Positions 43,692 through 53,928 of a DNA stretch of 64,000 nucleotides are shown here, piece by piece (within the stretch, counting starts at the first letter, position 1; every line of letters starts with the position of its first letter). A program made the translations under genes and the position numbers. The stretch comes from Eubacteriales bacterium (GTDB taxonomy: Bacteria > Bacillota > Clostridia > Oscillospirales > JAAYXM01). Location of the stretch: assembly GCA_045539475.1 (NCBI GenBank), contig JAZQFJ010000101.1:17994-81993 (forward strand). Direction: 5' to 3'. The notes under the pieces were generated by a model, which was not told where the DNA came from, made no database searches, and saw nothing but the letters and a program-made list of their open reading frames with translations.

Positions 43692-46600
43692 ATGAAAAGA
43701 TTATTATCCCTTATCCTCGCAACGGTAATGCTTGTTGCATTGTTACCGGTTGTTCCGGTGACTTTTGCAACAACGGGCGGCGATATCGTTGTGGAATTTT
43801 CAAGCGAAACAACTACGCTCGGTGCTGCTAATGCAGACCCCGAGAACTGGACAAAGCATGACGGCTATGAGGTAATTCAGGAAGAGAGCAACTACACAAG
43901 CGCCGGTATGGCAAGTGTTGCGGGAAGTGTTGAAACTCCCGATGGCAAGAAAGACCTCTTCAAGCTTATAACAAGCGGAAAAGCAGCATGGCCTGCGGGT
44001 GGAGCAACAAATCGCAGATTGTGGTTTACATTCAAATTCAAGGTTGACACTGCCGGATATTATGCCGTAAAAGTGCAGGGCGGAAAGTATAATCAGGGTG
44101 CAGAATATTTCCTCTATATCGGAGATAAATTCGCGGGGGAATACAGCTGTTTTGATGCATCTGCATCTGCGGTAAAGCTCGGCGAGGAAAAGCAGCTCAA
44201 CACAGTTTATCTTACGCCGGATGGCGACGGATATGTTAAAGCGACATTCAGAACAGCGGTCAAAGCACCGGGAAATACAAACTTTTTGATTCCGTACCGT
44301 CTTACTCTCACAAAAGTAGATCAAGCACCGGAGTTTTCGGAGTTTGTCGATACAATTCCTGAAAGCATTGAGCAGGGCGAAAAAAAAGAAATTACGGTCT
44401 CTGCAAAAATGAGCGATGGAGGGACGTATTCATATCCTGCATACAAGCTTGACGGTACGGAAGATAAAACAGATTCAATTACCGTTTCCGCAAGCGGAGA
44501 CTCTATGCTCAAAGATGCTGTCGTGAAGGATGGCGTTTATCGAGCAACACTTAAGGCGGGCAGTGTGGGAAGTACTGACATTTCAATACAAGCGACAATT
44601 GGTGGAGAGCAAACCTCTGTAACAACAAAGTCAGTGGCGATTACAGAGGCAAGCGTGCCGCGTGAGATTTCAGCACTTTTAATCCGCGACAATCTTAAAT
44701 TTACAGACAGCGCATTCAGTTATGATACGGTAGTAACAAAAGGTTTCACAATAGTTGAAGATAAAAGCACTATAAGCGCATCAAGCCGTTGCCAAAATGG
44801 ACTTGCGATTTCCATAGATGGGGTTATGACAAACTTTGTTGAATTAAACCTCGGAAAGAAAAGTGCTGCCAATGTATGGCCGAAGGGAAGTAATGCAACA
44901 AAGGGCAGTGCATTTACAGTGGCGCTCAATGTTCCTGTTGCCGGAAAATACAGCTTGAAGCTTCAGGCAATACAGAGGAATACCGCGTTAAATTACTATG
45001 TATACGTAAATGATAAATACGCAGGTGACTATGAATCCTTCTATGAGAATGAAACCTCGGCAGGAAAGTTCAGACTTTCCGATGAAAAAACTCTCAATAC
45101 CTTCTATCTCAAAAAAGGCTCAAATGAGATTTCATTCCGCTTAAAGCAAGCTCCCACAAACAGCAATGGCGTACAGATAATTCCGTATTCAATCCGTCTT
45201 GTCCCGGTTGAGGATCAGACAACTGAGCTTAAGCCCGAGAAAATTGATGCCGAAATCTCAGAGGATATGCTTATCGGTCAAAGCTACGAGATTGCGGCAA
45301 CCGTTAAAATGAACGACGGTTCAACCCGTCTCTTCGGACTTGCAGGTGACGGAACGGCAGACGCAAATAATACGGTTGATATCGAGATTATAAACCCTGA
45401 CGGAACTGAGGTTATACAAAAGGTTTCTTCATCCTACGCGGACGGCAAAACCACCTTTAACCTTAAAGCAAATGCGCTGGGAAAGGCAAAGGTAAAGATA
45501 ACCGCGCTTGTGGACAATGTTCCTGTTTCCTCGGAAGAGACGGAAATTGAGGTTGTCGATATTAAGCAAGTAAATGTATCTTTCGGAAGAAATCCGCTTC
45601 CCGAAGGGTATAGCTCTCAGGCAAAGACAGAGATTATCCTTTCAAATGATGAAGTGTATTCCGGCAATAGCACGGTTACCTATGGATCCTCCGATCCTTC
45701 TGTTATAGAAATAGATCCGCAAACCGGCATTGCAACAGCTGTGGCAAGCGAGGGAAGTGCTGAGATCACAGCTTGTGTTGCAGTTGACGGAGCGGAGGAT
45801 ATGAAAGGAACTGTTACGCTCTCGGCAACGGCTGCAATACCGCAGGAAGAGGCGGTTGTATACTTTACAGAGAAAACAACCTCTACAAATACAACAGAAA
45901 CATGGGTAAACCCCTATCTCTGGACAACCGAGGGTTATACCATTCTCCGGGATGAAACCCACGAGAGTGACGCAAGCGGTGCCGGAAGATATTACGGCGC
46001 AAAAGTGCTTACTCCCCAGGGTAACCTCAGTCTTATGCAGATACAGTCCAAGGGTGGGACAACGTGGCCGTCGACAAATGACAAGTCGGTTATGTTCACG
46101 ATAACCGTTCCGATGAAGGCAAAGGGATATTACAGCATAAAATTCCGGGGCGCGAAGGCAAGCGCTTTCTCCGATTATTACATATATGCAGACGGACAGT
46201 ATGCCGGAGAATACAGCTTCTATGATGCAGCATACGGCGTAGCAGTCCTTGGTGAAGAAAAGCAGTTAAACACGCTTTTCCTTGATCCGGGAGAAAAGGA
46301 ATATGTTAAGGTTTCCTTCCGTGTTGCAAAAACTCATTATTCCTCAACGTATATGCTTCCGTATAAGCTCACTTTCACTCCCGTTGCGGAAAAGCCTGTT
46401 ATTTCGGGGATTGAAAGCGAGATACAGGATGAGTTTGTGCCGCAGGAGAATATGGTGATTAGCTCACGCGTTAAAATGAGTGACGGCTCATACCGCTATT
46501 TTGGGAAATACGATGTTTCAGGCAGCACAGCGGCACTTGGCTTTACCGCAGCATCAAGCGATGCAGGCACAGCTGAGGTTACGGCGCCTGCACTTGCGGC

Positions 46601-49600
46601 AGATGACTCAAGCAGATTCAGCTTCACGATAAAACCGAAAGCTGCAAAGGCAGAAGCCATAAATATCACGCAGACCGCAAGCGTGGAAAGCGATGAAAAA
46701 TCCTTAGTAAAAAGCATAACTGTTACGGATGACCCGCTTGAGAGAATAGATGTAAGAACGGAAGCTGATGAGGTCCTTGAAGGGGATAAGACAAAGCTTA
46801 TCGTCCAAAATATTCTCAGAAGCGGAAGAGTGTTGGGGAATACTGCAAATGCCGTAACTACGTTCACTCCGTCAGAGGAAACGCTTGATATTGCAAATGT
46901 AAAGAACGGAGTTCTTGAAACATATAAACCCGGAACTGCAGTTATAAATGTCAGAACCGTATTCACAGATCAGGAAAAGGATGTTGATTTTAAAGTAAAT
47001 ATTCTCCCTGAGGGGATGACCTCGGTCAGTGCAACGGCAGGCGGATATACAAACATACGCTTTACCGGCAACGGCGATGACCACGTGCCTTTCTATGTTC
47101 AGGCAATATCAAACCTCGGGCGCGAACTTGATACCTCCGGCGCAATTATTGAGGCGACAGCGCATAATCCCGAAATTGCAGATTTAAACGAAGCCCGTGA
47201 TACTATTATCCCGAAAGCTCCGGGTGAGGCAAAGTTCACAGTTCGTGTAACTCTTAACGGAAGGACAAGAGAAACCGAGACAACCTTCACCGTTTCGCCT
47301 GCAAAGCGCGGATTTACCTATATAACGGAACAAAAGCGCAAGAACGCAAGGGATAATATCAAGAAATATGACTGGGCGGAAGCCGAGGCAGAAAAGCATA
47401 TAACAATTGCGGATAAATACGTAGGCAACGTTGATGCCCTTTATGACCTCATAACCTCACAAGGACTTCTCAGAAGTATGAGTGTCGGCGAGGAATATGA
47501 TGCAAAGACCCTGTATTGCCGTTATTGCGGGATCAATCTCGGTGCAACATACGGGACATTCCCGTGGGTAATTGATCCGATAGCTCGTCCGTGGAAAATT
47601 CAGTGCCCGGACTGCAAGCGCCTTTTCCCGAGTAACGATTTTGGAAGCTTCTATAAGCTCGGTCTTAATGAATACGGTGAGTTTGACCGCATGCGTGCGC
47701 TTGAGGAACACCGTGAAATGCTTCTTGCAAAGAATATAGACTCAGTAACGCAGAAGCTTATGAGCGTGGAATCTCCGGGCAAGGAATATACAAATGAATG
47801 GTATACATATTACGGCTACGGAATTGAGGAAGGCTATCTCTATAACAAGCTTTATTCCGAAGTCGGTGATGAGGGATGTCCGGTACAGCTTTCCGAGAGC
47901 GAAACAAAGGAACGCTGGGGTGTTGACGACAGCCTTGGTTACTATTCGGGCAAAACAAAGGGATCAAACGGAAACAACGACCGCCATACATATATCGGAT
48001 GCTTTATTGCATCGGGTCTCTGGCGCTCGGACGGAAAAACAGGCAAGGCGATTGCTGAAGCAATCCAGTCATCGGCTCACGCCTATGTTTATACCGGTGA
48101 GAAGAAATATGCAGTAGTTGTGGCAGTGCTTCTTGACAGACTTGCTGATTTCTATCCCGATTATGACCTTAAGGCATATGACCTTATTGCATATAATGCT
48201 CACGGCGGAAGCGGTGTGGGAGGGCTGCTCGGAAATATCGCAGAATCCCAAATCGCGCCCATATTCCCTGAAGCATACGATATGGTCTATGACATTTTCG
48301 ATGACCCTGCAGTAGTGGAATATATCGCAAAGAAAGCAAATGAGGTAAAATTCCGTCACGCAAAGGAAACTCCAAACCAGATAAGACACAACATTGAAAA
48401 CGGACTCCTCCGGGGAATCTTGAGTAACATTGCATCAGGGAAAGCTGCGGGCAACTTCGGGCTTGCACAGGAAACAAACGCGCTTTGTGCGGTTGTGCTT
48501 GATTCACAGCCTGAGACAACACAGTGGATAGACTTCCTCTATGCCTCAAACGAGGGCTCAACAACCACAAATGTTAAAGGCGGAGGAATTGACGACTATC
48601 TCATAAGCCGCATTGACTCCGACGGTCAGGGAGACGAGGCATCAACGTATAACCTGATGTGGATTGACGGGATGCAGCCGGTTGCGGACGTACTTGATGG
48701 ATATGACGGATATGGTGGAGAAAGCTTGTATAAGCATCCGAAGCTTAAGAGAATGTATTATTCGGGAATTGCCATGATGTTAGGTGAGTTCTCACCGACC
48801 ATAGGTGACACGTCACGAACGGGGCAAAAAGGTCACTGGACGAGTAAGGCGAGAGTCCTCAATGCATTCGATAAGTTCAGAGATCCTGTTTTTGCCCAAG
48901 CGGCATATGAGCTTAACGGACGAAGTGTGGACGGATTCAACACGGGCATTTGGACAAGTGACCCTGAAAAGATTCAGGATGATATTTTAGACGTAATAGA
49001 GGAACACGGAACCTTTACGCTTAAAAGTGATATGCTTGCAGGATTTGGCGTGGCAATGCTAAAAAGCGGCGGTGACTATACAGACAGTACAACACCGACA
49101 GCTCTTGATACAAGAAACGCTACATGGATGTATTTCGGAACAAACGGAAATCCTTATTCATCCCACCCACACAAGGACACGCTCAATATCGGGCTTATCG
49201 CCCACGGTCTTGAGCTTATGCCTGACCACGGCTATCCTGCAAAAACAGGTCAGGACCCGGAGCGCGTACAGTGGACAAATCAGACAATTTCCCACAACAC
49301 GGTTGTTGTAAACGAGCAGTCACAGCTTGATCAGGATTCACGAGGCGATGCAATTCACTTCGACGAAACGGAAATGGTCAAGGTTATGGATGTATCAGAG
49401 CCTAATGTTTACAATGAGGTTTCGGAATATCGCCGTTCTGTTCTCAATATAAAGATTGACGATGAGAATATGTACATGGTGGACTTTTTCAGAGTCCTCG
49501 GCGGAGACAATCATATTTACAGCATTCATGTAGCAGCGGACAGCATTGCGGAAACTGTAAATATGGGAGAAGTAAAACCGCAGGTTGATGAAAACGGAAA

Positions 49601-51656
49601 GTACATCGGTTCGTACGCAGGCGCCGATGCTCCGTTCGGAAAGGATCCTAATACCAACTCAACAAACTCTGCAATTCTTAAATATCCAAGGGGATATACA
49701 TGGCTTGACAACGTTGACAGATATAACGATGCAAAAGATAACTTTACTGTCGACTTTAACATTAAGGATTGGAGAAAATATCTCAGAGATGGCAAGGATC
49801 TGCATTTGAGAATGACAGTTCTTGACGGCGAGAACAGGGAAAACGGCGTGGAAACTTCGGTAGCTATCGCGAACGGCTATCCTCCCACAAAGAAAGAAAA
49901 TCAGCAGATTAAGTATCTTAAGTATTTCCTGCTTGAGCATAAGGGAGAAAATCTTGATGCAGTATTCACCTCTGTTTTTGAACCGTACAAGAAAAATCGC
50001 AATCTTGAAAAGACAGAGCCGCTGACGCTTGAAATTATTGGCGGAAGCGAGGTGCCGGAGGATGCAGCCCGCGCAATAAAGGTAACTCACGTTAACGGAA
50101 GAATTGACTACATCTTCTATTCCACAAACAACACTGTTACATATAAAGTAGAGGATGAGGGAAGAAAAGTTTACTTCCGTGGTTTTGTTGGCGTATATAC
50201 TCTTCAGGATAAAAACGGAAGCCTTGTAAATACCTATAAGTATAACCTCGACGGTGACATTATCGGCGAAGAGTTGAGTGAGGAAAATACCGCTGTTGCA
50301 GTAATGGGTAAAGTGCAGTCTTTTACAAAGGTTGTTTCTTATAAAAATGAAATGACGGTAGAACTTGACGGAGCAATATCAGAGGAGACGCTTAAAAAGC
50401 TTAACGGTAAGTACGTTTTTGTCGATAACAGCGGTGAAGAGTTCGTGCGCAATGGTGCATATCGGATAGAAAATGCAGAGCTCGATGGGGATAAGCTTAC
50501 ACTTGATGTCGGCGAAGTAACCTTTATCAGAAAGTATATAGATTCAACCAATCCGGGGGAAGGATATGTATTCAACATAAAAGAAGGTCAATCTATACGT
50601 ATTCCTCTTTCGTATAGTGAGGATTACTCACCTGAGTTTGAGCCTGTAAGCGATTCGCTATCGGTCTCCGCAGGAAGTTCAATTTCCGTAACAGTAAAAG
50701 CAACAAGCGAACTCGGCGAAGGGATAACGTATTCGGCAAATACTCTTCCGCGTGGAGCAAGCTTAAGCTGCGCAACCGGAGCGGTTACGTGGAAGCCGGA
50801 CAGCTCGCAGGTCGGAAAAAACCACTTTGCCGTAACGGCAACCGATGAGTCGGGAAGACAGGCAACCGTCCACTTCTATGTAGAGGTCTACGGCTCTACC
50901 ACCGGCGGAAGCAAAAACGAAACAACCGAAGCTCCGTCAACACCCGCCGGCGGCGGTGGTGGCGGGGGCGCACCGACACCTGATAAGCCGGACGACACAG
51001 AAATGGATGACAGTCAAACCAACAATGGCGGTGAAAGCGGAGAAACAGAAGGAAACGCTGATAACACGGGCACGGAGAATGAAACTCTCCGCTTCACCGA
51101 CATTTCTAACCACGCATGGGCGGCTGATGCAATAAACAGCCTTGCCGACAGCGGAGTTATTAAGGGTACAAGTGAGAATACCTTCTCGCCTGCAAACAAC
51201 ATCACCCGTGCAGACTTTGCACTGTTGCTTGTACGTGCGTTTGCGCCGGAATCGGATAACACGGAGAACTTTGCAGATGTAAGCTCATCGGACTATTTCG
51301 CATCCGAGCTTGCGATTGCACGAAACACAGGTATCGTTAACGGCATCGGCGAGAATAAATTCGCACCGAGAAATACAATTACCCGTCAGGATATGATGGT
51401 GATTGTATACCGTGCACTGCAGAGCCAAAGCCTTCTTCTTGAGGAAAAGGAGGGCTTCCGAACGGCGGTGGATGAGGTGTTATCGCAATATCCGGACTTT
51501 GACACTGTCGCTCCTTACGCAAAGGAAGCCGTCACCGCCCTCATCTCCGCAAGGCTTGTCAATGGTAAAAACGGTCTCGTCGCACCTCTTGAATACACAA
51601 CACGCGCAGAGGTTGCAGTGCTTATCAAACGAATATTGGATTATACAAAGGAATAA
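43692..51656 (+). CDS. giant (~2,654 aa) SLH-anchored multidomain protein with heparinase II/III-like polysaccharide-lyase core
   Basis: Signal peptide MKRLLSLILATVMLVALLPVVPVTFA. Three CBM-like modules interleaved with Ig-like (Big_2-type) domains. HPHKDTLNIGLIAHGLELMPDHGYPA...ISHNTVVV (heparinase II/III C-domain pattern). A cadherin-like Ig domain, a Gly-rich linker, and 3 SLH repeats at the C-terminus. Confidence 0.7.
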   Translation: MKRLLSLILATVMLVALLPVVPVTFATTGGDIVVEFSSETTTLGAANADPENWTKHDGYEVIQEESNYTSAGMASVAGSVETPDGKKDLFKLITSGKAAWPAGGATNRRLWFTFKFKVDTAGYYAVKVQGGKYNQGAEYFLYIGDKFAGEYSCFDASASAVKLGEEKQLNTVYLTPDGDGYVKATFRTAVKAPGNTNFLIPYRLTLTKVDQAPEFSEFVDTIPESIEQGEKKEITVSAKMSDGGTYSYPAYKLDGTEDKTDSITVSASGDSMLKDAVVKDGVYRATLKAGSVGSTDISIQATIGGEQTSVTTKSVAITEASVPREISALLIRDNLKFTDSAFSYDTVVTKGFTIVEDKSTISASSRCQNGLAISIDGVMTNFVELNLGKKSAANVWPKGSNATKGSAFTVALNVPVAGKYSLKLQAIQRNTALNYYVYVNDKYAGDYESFYENETSAGKFRLSDEKTLNTFYLKKGSNEISFRLKQAPTNSNGVQIIPYSIRLVPVEDQTTELKPEKIDAEISEDMLIGQSYEIAATVKMNDGSTRLFGLAGDGTADANNTVDIEIINPDGTEVIQKVSSSYADGKTTFNLKANALGKAKVKITALVDNVPVSSEETEIEVVDIKQVNVSFGRNPLPEGYSSQAKTEIILSNDEVYSGNSTVTYGSSDPSVIEIDPQTGIATAVASEGSAEITACVAVDGAEDMKGTVTLSATAAIPQEEAVVYFTEKTTSTNTTETWVNPYLWTTEGYTILRDETHESDASGAGRYYGAKVLTPQGNLSLMQIQSKGGTTWPSTNDKSVMFTITVPMKAKGYYSIKFRGAKASAFSDYYIYADGQYAGEYSFYDAAYGVAVLGEEKQLNTLFLDPGEKEYVKVSFRVAKTHYSSTYMLPYKLTFTPVAEKPVISGIESEIQDEFVPQENMVISSRVKMSDGSYRYFGKYDVSGSTAALGFTAASSDAGTAEVTAPALAADDSSRFSFTIKPKAAKAEAINITQTASVESDEKSLVKSITVTDDPLERIDVRTEADEVLEGDKTKLIVQNILRSGRVLGNTANAVTTFTPSEETLDIANVKNGVLETYKPGTAVINVRTVFTDQEKDVDFKVNILPEGMTSVSATAGGYTNIRFTGNGDDHVPFYVQAISNLGRELDTSGAIIEATAHNPEIADLNEARDTIIPKAPGEAKFTVRVTLNGRTRETETTFTVSPAKRGFTYITEQKRKNARDNIKKYDWAEAEAEKHITIADKYVGNVDALYDLITSQGLLRSMSVGEEYDAKTLYCRYCGINLGATYGTFPWVIDPIARPWKIQCPDCKRLFPSNDFGSFYKLGLNEYGEFDRMRALEEHREMLLAKNIDSVTQKLMSVESPGKEYTNEWYTYYGYGIEEGYLYNKLYSEVGDEGCPVQLSESETKERWGVDDSLGYYSGKTKGSNGNNDRHTYIGCFIASGLWRSDGKTGKAIAEAIQSSAHAYVYTGEKKYAVVVAVLLDRLADFYPDYDLKAYDLIAYNAHGGSGVGGLLGNIAESQIAPIFPEAYDMVYDIFDDPAVVEYIAKKANEVKFRHAKETPNQIRHNIENGLLRGILSNIASGKAAGNFGLAQETNALCAVVLDSQPETTQWIDFLYASNEGSTTTNVKGGGIDDYLISRIDSDGQGDEASTYNLMWIDGMQPVADVLDGYDGYGGESLYKHPKLKRMYYSGIAMMLGEFSPTIGDTSRTGQKGHWTSKARVLNAFDKFRDPVFAQAAYELNGRSVDGFNTGIWTSDPEKIQDDILDVIEEHGTFTLKSDMLAGFGVAMLKSGGDYTDSTTPTALDTRNATWMYFGTNGNPYSSHPHKDTLNIGLIAHGLELMPDHGYPAKTGQDPERVQWTNQTISHNTVVVNEQSQLDQDSRGDAIHFDETEMVKVMDVSEPNVYNEVSEYRRSVLNIKIDDENMYMVDFFRVLGGDNHIYSIHVAADSIAETVNMGEVKPQVDENGKYIGSYAGADAPFGKDPNTNSTNSAILKYPRGYTWLDNVDRYNDAKDNFTVDFNIKDWRKYLRDGKDLHLRMTVLDGENRENGVETSVAIANGYPPTKKENQQIKYLKYFLLEHKGENLDAVFTSVFEPYKKNRNLEKTEPLTLEIIGGSEVPEDAARAIKVTHVNGRIDYIFYSTNNTVTYKVEDEGRKVYFRGFVGVYTLQDKNGSLVNTYKYNLDGDIIGEELSEENTAVAVMGKVQSFTKVVSYKNEMTVELDGAISEETLKKLNGKYVFVDNSGEEFVRNGAYRIENAELDGDKLTLDVGEVTFIRKYIDSTNPGEGYVFNIKEGQSIRIPLSYSEDYSPEFEPVSDSLSVSAGSSISVTVKATSELGEGITYSANTLPRGASLSCATGAVTWKPDSSQVGKNHFAVTATDESGRQATVHFYVEVYGSTTGGSKNETTEAPSTPAGGGGGGGAPTPDKPDDTEMDDSQTNNGGESGETEGNADNTGTENETLRFTDISNHAWAADAINSLADSGVIKGTSENTFSPANNITRADFALLLVRAFAPESDNTENFADVSSSDYFASELAIARNTGIVNGIGENKFAPRNTITRQDMMVIVYRALQSQSLLLEEKEGFRTAVDEVLSQYPDFDTVAPYAKEAVTALISARLVNGKNGLVAPLEYTTRAEVAVLIKRILDYTKE

Positions 51657-51662
51657 GTAATT

Positions 51663-52676
51663 ATGAAGCTTTCGTTTTCACAGATCAAAGAAATAACATT
51701 GGGTGCCGAAAGAGTTTCTGAAAAAAACGGAACAGTTTGCTTTTCGCGATTTACGGAGAAAGAAGAAGCTATTTACTCCGCAGAAGAAGGAAAGCGTCTC
51801 CGCGCAGTTTCCACTCCGGGAATAAGACTTGAGTTTAAAACCGATGCCGAAAAGTTAAACCTCGACGTCAGAGTGGAAGAGCGTGCGCGCCCGTATTTTT
51901 CGGTAGAAGTATTTGAGGACGACGTTTTTGTCGGAGAGATAAAAAATTATCCGGATGACCTTCCGAACGGAAGATATCCTGCAGATGATTTCCCAAGCGG
52001 AGAATTTGAAAAGTGTTTTTCTCTCGGTGACGGCGAAAAAAACATCAGAATAATTCTTCCGGGAACCGTAAGGCTTGAAATAAGCTCAATTGAGCTTTCC
52101 GGTGCGAGTTATCTTACGCCTGTTCGTTATGAGAAAAAAATGCTCATTTACGGAGATTCAATCACTCAGGGGTTTGATGCACTTTCACCGTCGAGGGTAT
52201 ACTCCGTAAGACTTTGTGATTACCTCAATGCCGAGGGAATAAACAAGGCTGTTGGCGGCGCTGTGTATAATCCGGCGCTTCCCGCGGCAGAGACTTACGA
52301 CGGAGTTGATTACATCATCGGTGCTTACGGCATAAACGATTGGGTGCTCGGCACTGATAAGGGAAGCTTTATCGACAACTGCCGCCGCTTCTGGGAAATA
52401 ATATGCAAAAAGTATCCGCCTGCAAAGAAAATTCTCATAACACCGATATGGATAAGGATATGGGAAGAAGAAAAAGAGATGGGCGACGCCTCAGAACTTC
52501 ATAAGCTTATAGAGAAGGCTGTTTCGGGACTTCCGGACATAACAATAATAAACGGTTGGGAGCTTGTGCCTTTTGATAAAAATCTCTACGGCGACGAAAC
52601 AACCCACCCGAACAACCTCGGTTTTGATAGCTATTTTGAAAACCTCATATTAAAGCTTGGTTTTAATGAAATATAA
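51663..52676 (+). CDS. SGNH/GDSL hydrolase with N-terminal beta-sandwich domain
   Basis: LIYGDSITQGF (block I), GINDW, and DETTHPNNLG (block V). Confidence 0.75.
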   Translation: MKLSFSQIKEITLGAERVSEKNGTVCFSRFTEKEEAIYSAEEGKRLRAVSTPGIRLEFKTDAEKLNLDVRVEERARPYFSVEVFEDDVFVGEIKNYPDDLPNGRYPADDFPSGEFEKCFSLGDGEKNIRIILPGTVRLEISSIELSGASYLTPVRYEKKMLIYGDSITQGFDALSPSRVYSVRLCDYLNAEGINKAVGGAVYNPALPAAETYDGVDYIIGAYGINDWVLGTDKGSFIDNCRRFWEIICKKYPPAKKILITPIWIRIWEEEKEMGDASELHKLIEKAVSGLPDITIINGWELVPFDKNLYGDETTHPNNLGFDSYFENLILKLGFNEI

Positions 52677-52805
52677 AACTGAATAAAGAACTCGGATAAC
52701 AGCAGTGGGATGGCGGAAATATTGTCAGTTTGACAAAATTTCACCAAAAACCATTGCTGTTTTGTTACAAAGGTGTTATAATTATAAAATAGTTTCAGGT
52801 AAAAC

Positions 52806-52852
52806 AAAAAGGATTACTTTGGAGAGCTATGCCTCCGGAGTAATCCTTTTTT
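52806..52852 (+). terminator. intrinsic terminator (+ strand)
   Basis: 14-bp stem GGATTACTTTGGAG/CTCCGGAGTAATCC followed by T6. Confidence 0.8.
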
Positions 52853-52853
52853 C

Positions 52854-52900
52854 AAAATTAAAATAAAACCGGCTGAGAATGATTATCCATTCTTAGCCGG
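52854..52900 (-). terminator. intrinsic terminator for the minus-strand Gfo/Idh/MocA gene
   Basis: 13-bp stem CCGGCTGAGAATG/CATTCTTAGCCGG. The minus strand is followed by TTTTATTTTAATTTT. Confidence 0.8.
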
Positions 52901-52920
52901 TGTTGCTTTACGCTGCAATA

Positions 52921-53928
52921 TTAAAGAATAATGGTTTTTCCGCTTTTTGCGGATTGCACCTCGCAAAGCGCAAGCGATATTGATTTACTGACAGACTCGG
53001 CAGATGTTATGGAACATGATTTGCCGTCAAAGATTTCATTGAGAAATGCGCGGATTTCATCCATGTAGCAATCGCCGGCATCAATCTCAACCTCTTGCTC
53101 ACCGTCGTCTGTATATACAGTGAGTTTTCCGTCGCATAGGTGCACTGTTGCTTTTTCAAAGTTTATCAGGCATCGGGCGGTAAACGGGAAGCTTTGGGGA
53201 AATGACCAGTCCGCTGCCGATGTGACGAGAAAACCGTCATAGAAATAGCGCGTAAACACAGATTCGAGTTCCGCTTTGTTTTCGGTAATTATAGAGCTTA
53301 CGGAAACAGGAAGCCCGAACAGGTAGTTTATGAGGTCAACATCGTGAATGTGCATATCAAGGATGCAACCGCCGCTCATTTTGGGATCCAGAATCCAGTT
53401 GTTCCATGTCCATGTCGGAGTCTGCGAATAGCGGGTGAACTCTGCGCGGAATACCTTGCCGAAAGTTTGCTCGTCAAGGTGTTGTTTGATTTTGCGGTAA
53501 GCCGAGTCAAAACGCAGACACTGACCTATCATAAGAGTTTTGTTGTTTTTCTTGGCTGTATCAATCATATTTCTGCAGCTTTCGGCAGACAACGCCATCG
53601 GCTTTTCGGAAAATACGTGAACTCCGTGTGAAAGAGCGTAAACGGCAACTTCCTCGTGCAAATATGTAGGCAGTGTGGAAAGTATAAAATCTGGTTTTTC
53701 CTTATCTATAAGTTCTTTGTAATCCTGATAGAATCCGCAGGAGGAAAAGTCGATTGAGCTGATGTCAACATTGCCGATGTTTAGCTTTACGTTTGATTTA
53801 AAGCTTTCTGGATCTGCTCCGCAAAGGGCACAAAGCTTTATGTCACCACGCTCTTTCTCAAGCTTTACAAGGTTGCCGAGATGTAGCTTGCCAAGTCCTC
53901 CGAATCCTATTATTGCATATCTGTACAT
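52921..53928 (-). CDS. Gfo/Idh/MocA family oxidoreductase
   Basis: MYRYAIIGFGGLGKLHLGN Rossmann N-terminus and an EKPMA motif. The track ORF running to 53970 is an extension into the repeat. Confidence 0.85.
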   Translation of the reverse strand: MYRYAIIGFGGLGKLHLGNLVKLEKERGDIKLCALCGADPESFKSNVKLNIGNVDISSIDFSSCGFYQDYKELIDKEKPDFILSTLPTYLHEEVAVYALSHGVHVFSEKPMALSAESCRNMIDTAKKNNKTLMIGQCLRFDSAYRKIKQHLDEQTFGKVFRAEFTRYSQTPTWTWNNWILDPKMSGGCILDMHIHDVDLINYLFGLPVSVSSIITENKAELESVFTRYFYDGFLVTSAADWSFPQSFPFTARCLINFEKATVHLCDGKLTVYTDDGEQEVEIDAGDCYMDEIRAFLNEIFDGKSCSITSAESVSKSISLALCEVQSAKSGKTIIL

